From NCBI GenBank assembly GCA_049515895.1, contig JBEKTQ010000022.1:1-51080 (forward strand): a stretch of DNA of 51,080 nt. Direction: 5' to 3'. The stretch comes from Candidatus Bathyarchaeia archaeon (GTDB taxonomy: Archaea > Thermoproteota > Bathyarchaeia > Bathyarchaeales > Bathycorpusculaceae). The notes beneath the pieces were generated by a model. That model worked only from the letters and a program-made list of their open reading frames with translations. It did no database searches and was not told the origin of the DNA. Position numbers and translations under genes: made by a program. Of the stretch, positions 46,398 to 51,080 are shown one piece after another (the stretch's first letter is position 1; each line of letters starts with the position of its first letter).

Positions 46398-46760
46398 TCA
46401 CCAATCAGGTTTTCTCTTCCAAATGTTGAATGTGCATTGACCCCAACAGTAAGAACCCGCTTTGAATTGACAGCCGTTGCAGGCAATACCAGTGAATTTA
46501 GGTACAGACTCTATTTTTGAGTGGACACGAACAAAAACCTTTTTCGGTTCAGTTTGACTCACAGGCCCGCCTTCTTTTTTAAACTTCAAACGTCTCGGGC
46601 ATCCTTCATAAATTGAAGGATTCGAAAAAATGGACAGAGGGCAAGTTTCATCTCCACACTCACGAACGCTTAACTCAAATTCCCCTATACCGGTCACTGT
46701 TTTAGAGTATTCACAGTAGGACACTTTTCCAGCGCCTTTCCCATCTTCAGCTGTGGTCAT
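46398..46760 (-). CDS. Cys-rich hypothetical protein
   Basis: Eight Cys including C-x4-CP and CNGC-x6-CWGQC; AGGAG upstream. Confidence 0.65.
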   Translation of the reverse strand: MTTAEDGKGAGKVSYCEYSKTVTGIGEFELSVRECGDETCPLSIFSNPSIYEGCPRRLKFKKEGGPVSQTEPKKVFVRVHSKIESVPKFTGIACNGCQFKAGSYCWGQCTFNIWKRKPDW

Positions 46761-46976
46761 AGCTGTTGCGATCTCCTGAGAATCAATTTTTTTCCGCTTT
46801 CGCTAATTGTTTCCAGACTCTTTCCTAAATTTATTAAATCAATCTTAATTTGAGATTTTGAATCATCCATAAAACCGCCCCGGCAAGAGAGTGAATTGAG
46901 TTATGATCCAAATAGTGATTATTTGATTGATAAAGCTTCTACTTGCCTGTTCATTATTAGGAGCGCCAAAGTCGCT

Positions 46977-47204
46977 TTACATAACTGAGCCCACGAAGCT
47001 GAAAAGTATTAGGATAACACCAATTATCATGAAAATCGAACCAATAGCATAGTCGCGTTTTCCATGCTGGTACACCTGTTGGTTTGAATGACTTGTTTTG
47101 CCTTTCCTTTTATTTTCCCAGTACGCATGAATTTGGCATGAAAAGCAAAATGGCAAACCGGTGATAACAAAAACTACACCCAACACAAAAAGAGCGACTT
47201 CCAT
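46977..47204 (-). CDS. Small two-TM membrane protein
   Basis: Two hydrophobic helices. Confidence 0.6.
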   Translation of the reverse strand: MEVALFVLGVVFVITGLPFCFSCQIHAYWENKRKGKTSHSNQQVYQHGKRDYAIGSIFMIIGVILILFSFVGSVM

Positions 47205-47327
47205 GTTCTCTTAATAAGATCCTTACAAATAAAAAGTTGCCTGAAACCAACTAAATGTGCGAATAAGTACCTACTTTAGAGCTCTGCTGCTTCTCCCAGA
47301 ATACTGATTTTTTGCAACAAGTAAAGG

Positions 47328-47627
47328 GTGCTCGAATGGTCATGGTGTCCATTTTTTGCTGACTTAGGCTCCGACATATTTCAATTGTCGAAATATCCCT
47401 TAAAAACACTGGAACGTGAAGTTTCTGTTAAGGTTGAAAAGTCTTTAGGTGGTATGGTTTTGAAACCAGGTGAGAGAATGGTACGCCGCGTTTTTGGCGG
47501 TTGCCCTAAACGTAAGGTTTGTAGTTTTTACCAGATTGAAAGTAAAACCTGCATTTACGGCCCATACAGGTATTGCGGGAAATACCGTTCTATAATTGAA
47601 CAAAAAATCAACGTGGATATGCTCTAA
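47328..47627 (+). CDS. Cys-rich microprotein (true start probably downstream)
   Basis: CP-x4-C-xx-Y ... TC ... YCGKYR. Confidence 0.55.
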   Translation: MLEWSWCPFFADLGSDIFQLSKYPLKTLEREVSVKVEKSLGGMVLKPGERMVRRVFGGCPKRKVCSFYQIESKTCIYGPYRYCGKYRSIIEQKINVDML

Positions 47628-48302
47628 AATTAATTTAGCTAGGAACAAAAAAGATAACATTAATTTTTGCTTTTCGTTACTCAACGATGTAACTAATAGT
47701 TTTGTTTGCTTAGGGCTGTATATAGCAATCGGTTCCTTGTTTTGTGGATTCTTGAGGGACTTCACATGCGCTCCACACACTTGCTGGTGGATTTACAACA
47801 GCAAACAAGAAATAGAAATAGTAGAGCAAGGCTTCGAATCGTTAGAACCGAATGGCAGGGAATGAGCAAGTCTATATGGAAAAGTTGATGCATCAGCAGC
47901 AAGACCAATTCGGCATGATTAACTTGAGACCGAAAAGCACAAATTCATCTCCACAAACTATCACCACTGCAAAACTGGCAAAAGCGTTTATAACCTGTCT
48001 TAACATCAGCACGGGTTGTGAACCATCTGAAACAATGTGTGTGCGGTCGTAGTCTAGTTTGGTCTAGCACTCGACAGGTGATATCACCCGTAGATTTTCG
48101 GTTTCCTTTTGCGCTTTCCCCTTTTTCTTTTTTTGTGATGTCGTCTCCAGGCAGTTTGTATTTAATTTGTAGCGCAAAAATTGCAGGGTGCATTCATGGA
48201 GTACATTGTTGACCCCAACCACAAGAACACCACCAAGGTAATCGGCAAGGCCTGCATCACTTGCCAGGTCCGCATCATTGAGGGCAACTACGTTGTAACT
48301 AA

Positions 48303-48623
48303 GCATCGTGAAATGCCTCAAAACCAAATGCCCTACACTGGCGACTTCACAAATGGTGCCTCGTGGCGCTCCATGCAACTTTACCATTTAGCCATTGAAA
48401 AAGTACGACATGACAGTTTTATTTTTGACATTATTCTGTCTATCTCAAAATCAGCGTTTGGATTTAGGAGCTTGATTTTCCCATGACTGCAGTATCACAG
48501 CGTAATATTGACCATGAAAAACCCCGCGAGTATGTAAAAACGGTTCAGCGGCAACAACAACAAATTACGCTAGACATATCCACCGAAAGGCTTGCGCAGA
48601 TCAAGGCGTACATTCGGAACGCT
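48303..48623 (+). repeat. ~320-bp repeat, copy 2
   Basis: Reverse complement of 1138-1459. Confidence 0.95.
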
Positions 48624-48863
48624 GAGCGCGGACGCCTCCCCATGGTTAACGACGGCGCCGACGTCACTCGGCCGATAACTGACGAGCAGGTCCAGAAGTT
48701 CCTGGAATGCGAAGAATGCCAATCTAACCCAGTGGTTTTTTTCCAATTCAACTCGAAGAGGGGCCTGAAAGGCAAGAAGGGCACAACGCTATGTGTGGGG
48801 TTATGCGCTCAACATTGGATCAAGTTGTCGGACACTGTTATCGGATGGAGCGAAGTGAAATGA
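48483..48863 (+). CDS. Small zinc-finger protein, mobile-element-like
   Basis: TAGGAG upstream; QRQQQQ tract; CEEC ... LCAQH. Confidence 0.75.
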   Translation: MTAVSQRNIDHEKPREYVKTVQRQQQQITLDISTERLAQIKAYIRNAERGRLPMVNDGADVTRPITDEQVQKFLECEECQSNPVVFFQFNSKRGLKGKKGTTLCVGLCAQHWIKLSDTVIGWSEVK

Positions 48864-49089
48864 TTCCTAAAACTGGTTCTGTCTGTCGGTTCGTGTCTGT
48901 TTGTCTGTCTTAGGTGACAGAGAGAAGAGGAGGGAGAAGGAGAAGCGAGCGCGCTCTGTTTCTTTTTGCTTAAAAGATTTTAGAATCGAATTCAATGGTG
49001 TTTAGGATGTGTCAAATTTGGATATATGTTCGTGGTTGAAATAAGTGATTTATTAAGATATCATATTCATTGAAGGTGGGCAAAACTAA

Positions 49090-49749
49090 ATGGAGAAAAT
49101 CACGGTTAATTTGCTTGAACTCTCTGATTCTCAAATTGAGCTTTCGCCTCTTCTCTCAAGTATGGAAGAACTAAAAAAAGAATTTATCGAGGAAACAATG
49201 GTTTTTGCTTCTGAATGGTACAAAAAAACAGCAAAAGAATACGTTACCAAGTATCCTGAAGTCACCTTAAACATGAGTCAAGAAAAAATAGCTAAAATGA
49301 AAGCAAATGTCAACGAATTGGTTGGAAACACCGAAAAAATAGTCAAAGGCGAGTTAGACAATCCTGCACTATGGTGGCACCAAAACCCGAATCTGAATAT
49401 CGCCGTCGAACAATACACGCAAATAGCCGATAAATACCCAGAAATTCTTGACCGCGCAGTAAGACATGTACTGGGACGCTTAGGTGCAATACTGGAAGAA
49501 TTTAGATTCCACGTTAATGCTGTCGGCAACATCGGCTTATACCAAGAATTCTGGTTTGAGCGCACAATGGGCAGCGGACAAATAATTCCGTACTATCCGC
49601 ATCTTCTTAAATGGACAGAAGAAATGCAAAACACCATCCGAAAATACACTGTACAATACAAGCAAGCCGTCGCATTATATAACGAAATACAAAAATTCAA
49701 AGAACAACAGAAAAAACAACAAGCCTTAACACGATGGGAAGATATATAA
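49090..49749 (+). CDS. Hypothetical helical protein
   Basis: 219-aa ORF, GAAGGTGG upstream. Confidence 0.8.
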   Translation: MEKITVNLLELSDSQIELSPLLSSMEELKKEFIEETMVFASEWYKKTAKEYVTKYPEVTLNMSQEKIAKMKANVNELVGNTEKIVKGELDNPALWWHQNPNLNIAVEQYTQIADKYPEILDRAVRHVLGRLGAILEEFRFHVNAVGNIGLYQEFWFERTMGSGQIIPYYPHLLKWTEEMQNTIRKYTVQYKQAVALYNEIQKFKEQQKKQQALTRWEDI

Positions 49750-50217
49750 AAACAACTGACCCTAGATCACAGCCCGCACCGCACCACCGCACATTCACAA
49801 GAGGAAAGAACATACTCTGTATATTTGTCTTGCACACCTTAAGAAATTCAGTCTACTCAGAACAGATTATTATTTTCGATGAAGATAAGTCTCAAATCTA
49901 GCGCGCACGCTTACGAAGGCTACTTTAACCAAAATCGACTTAAAAGATTGGTTAAGGAGCATAAAGACTACACCAGTGAATTTGATGAAGTTACAGATTT
50001 GATTGAAAGAAAAAAGGATTTACGAATTCGATGAACATAATGAGGTCCGTTTCAGCATCAGTGTAAACACCTGTTAAAAGTCCAATTGCATATGTTATGC
50101 TGAGAAGTGAACTAAAAATTAAGGCTAAACTCAAGAGCTTCTTTCTGTAGACCAAGACAGAATTTTCACACCATTCAGTAAAAAGAGTGGAGCAAATTCC
50201 GATTGTATTAGAGTGAC

Positions 50218-50556
50218 CTATGTTCTCTTAATTATTACTGCGATGAGTCCAATTATTCCTCCGAGGATAACTAGCAATCCGCCAAGTCCACCGCCAATGA
50301 TTCCAACGATTATAAGTACAATTGCCCAAACGATGGTCGTTACGCTTTTTGCTCCAATGATTGCTATGATGCCACAGATGATAGAAACAATTCCGAAGTA
50401 GGCAAAGCTAAATGATATAAATGGTCCAAAGTATGTGAAAGCGTATCCGATGAGTGATAGCAGCCCGAAGATTACCAGCAGTATTCCTCCAATTAGAGCT
50501 AAGTAGTAGGCTATTCGAGAAATTTCTGACATATTCAAATTCACCTCCCTTATCAA
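50218..50556 (-). CDS. Small Gly-rich multi-TM membrane protein
   Basis: Four hydrophobic segments; GGAGGTGA before the internal ATG (MSEISR). Confidence 0.8.
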   Translation of the reverse strand: MIREVNLNMSEISRIAYYLALIGGILLVIFGLLSLIGYAFTYFGPFISFSFAYFGIVSIICGIIAIIGAKSVTTIVWAIVLIIVGIIGGGLGGLLVILGGIIGLIAVIIKRT

Positions 50557-50918
50557 CTAAGTAAGGGACCAAATTCTGTTTTACAATCAGAACTTAGTTA
50601 ATGCTGCAAATACAAACAATTCTGATATTATCATTTTAACGGCACCCAACATAAAAACTTAGTCCTAAATCGGATTGGCTGCACAATGGCGAACTATGCA
50701 ATAGATTGAAGGAAGCGCTGACGTTTTAGAGGTTTCATGTCAATTTAAAAGTGACTTATACTGTAAGCAGTTTTTTGTCTATGTGAAAACAGTATGGAAA
50801 GCTGCTAGTTTGGTGTGACAGCAAACTCCATGGTACTATCGCAGTTCCTAAGCGAAGCAAATAAACCATGCAACCGTCTCATAATTCTTAAATATCAGCC
50901 CCGTACTCCTCATGTAAC

Positions 50919-51080
50919 ATGACCGCTCAAAAAGAAAAAGTATCGGCAGGAAGCAATGTTGAAGGGATTGAGAGGATAGTTGAAGGACTTATCGATGCAT
51001 TAGCTGACAAGCATTCGCAGATCGACATCAACTTCCAAAACACGAATATAAGAATTCCAGGGATGCAGATGAGCATTGAA
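50919..51080 (+). CDS. Hypothetical protein, 5' part (runs off the window)
   Basis: MTAQKEKVSAGSNVEGIERIVEGLIDALADKHSQIDINF..., open to the end; TTAAATA upstream. Confidence 0.65.
   Translation, partial: MTAQKEKVSAGSNVEGIERIVEGLIDALADKHSQIDINFQNTNIRIPGMQMSIE

Noticed and set aside
47596-48180. Integrase or transposase remnant among overlapping short ORFs
   Set aside because: No R-H-R-Y, DDE or HUH motif recognisable; probably decayed DNA of unknown origin

Overview
Archaeal chromosomal window. The gene set suggests Bathyarchaeia (inference): Trm1, archaeal-type IleRS, a CdvB/Snf7 paralog, a BHB-intron tRNA, a PQQ-like beta-propeller with a C-terminal anchor and frequent TTG/GTG starts. A housekeeping core (ileS, lysC, proC, trm1, pfkA, glycosyltransferases, ABC transporters, mscL) is interleaved with accessory patches rich in Cys/His zinc-finger microproteins and gene relics (about 1-7 kb, 21-26 kb and 44-51 kb). 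There are three complete tRNAs: Pro-CGG, Ala-CGC and Tyr-GTA with two BHB introns. The most unusual non-coding signals are: (1) an orphan tRNA 5' half right after tRNA-Pro; (2) a dispersed 48-bp element that joins a palindromic, recombinase-site-like arm to a tRNA T-arm/3' end, in two near-identical copies plus a related attR-like copy behind tRNA-Ala; (3) two helically phased 10-bp repeat arrays upstream of the ESCRT-III gene; (4) a ~320-bp inverted repeat pair bracketing 47 kb, with an IS200/IS605-type hairpin next to one copy; (5) a BlaI/BlaR-like regulator-protease pair with two clear operator palindromes. I found no integrase, transposase, CRISPR array or rRNA. All calls come from reading motifs by eye; no database searches were run.
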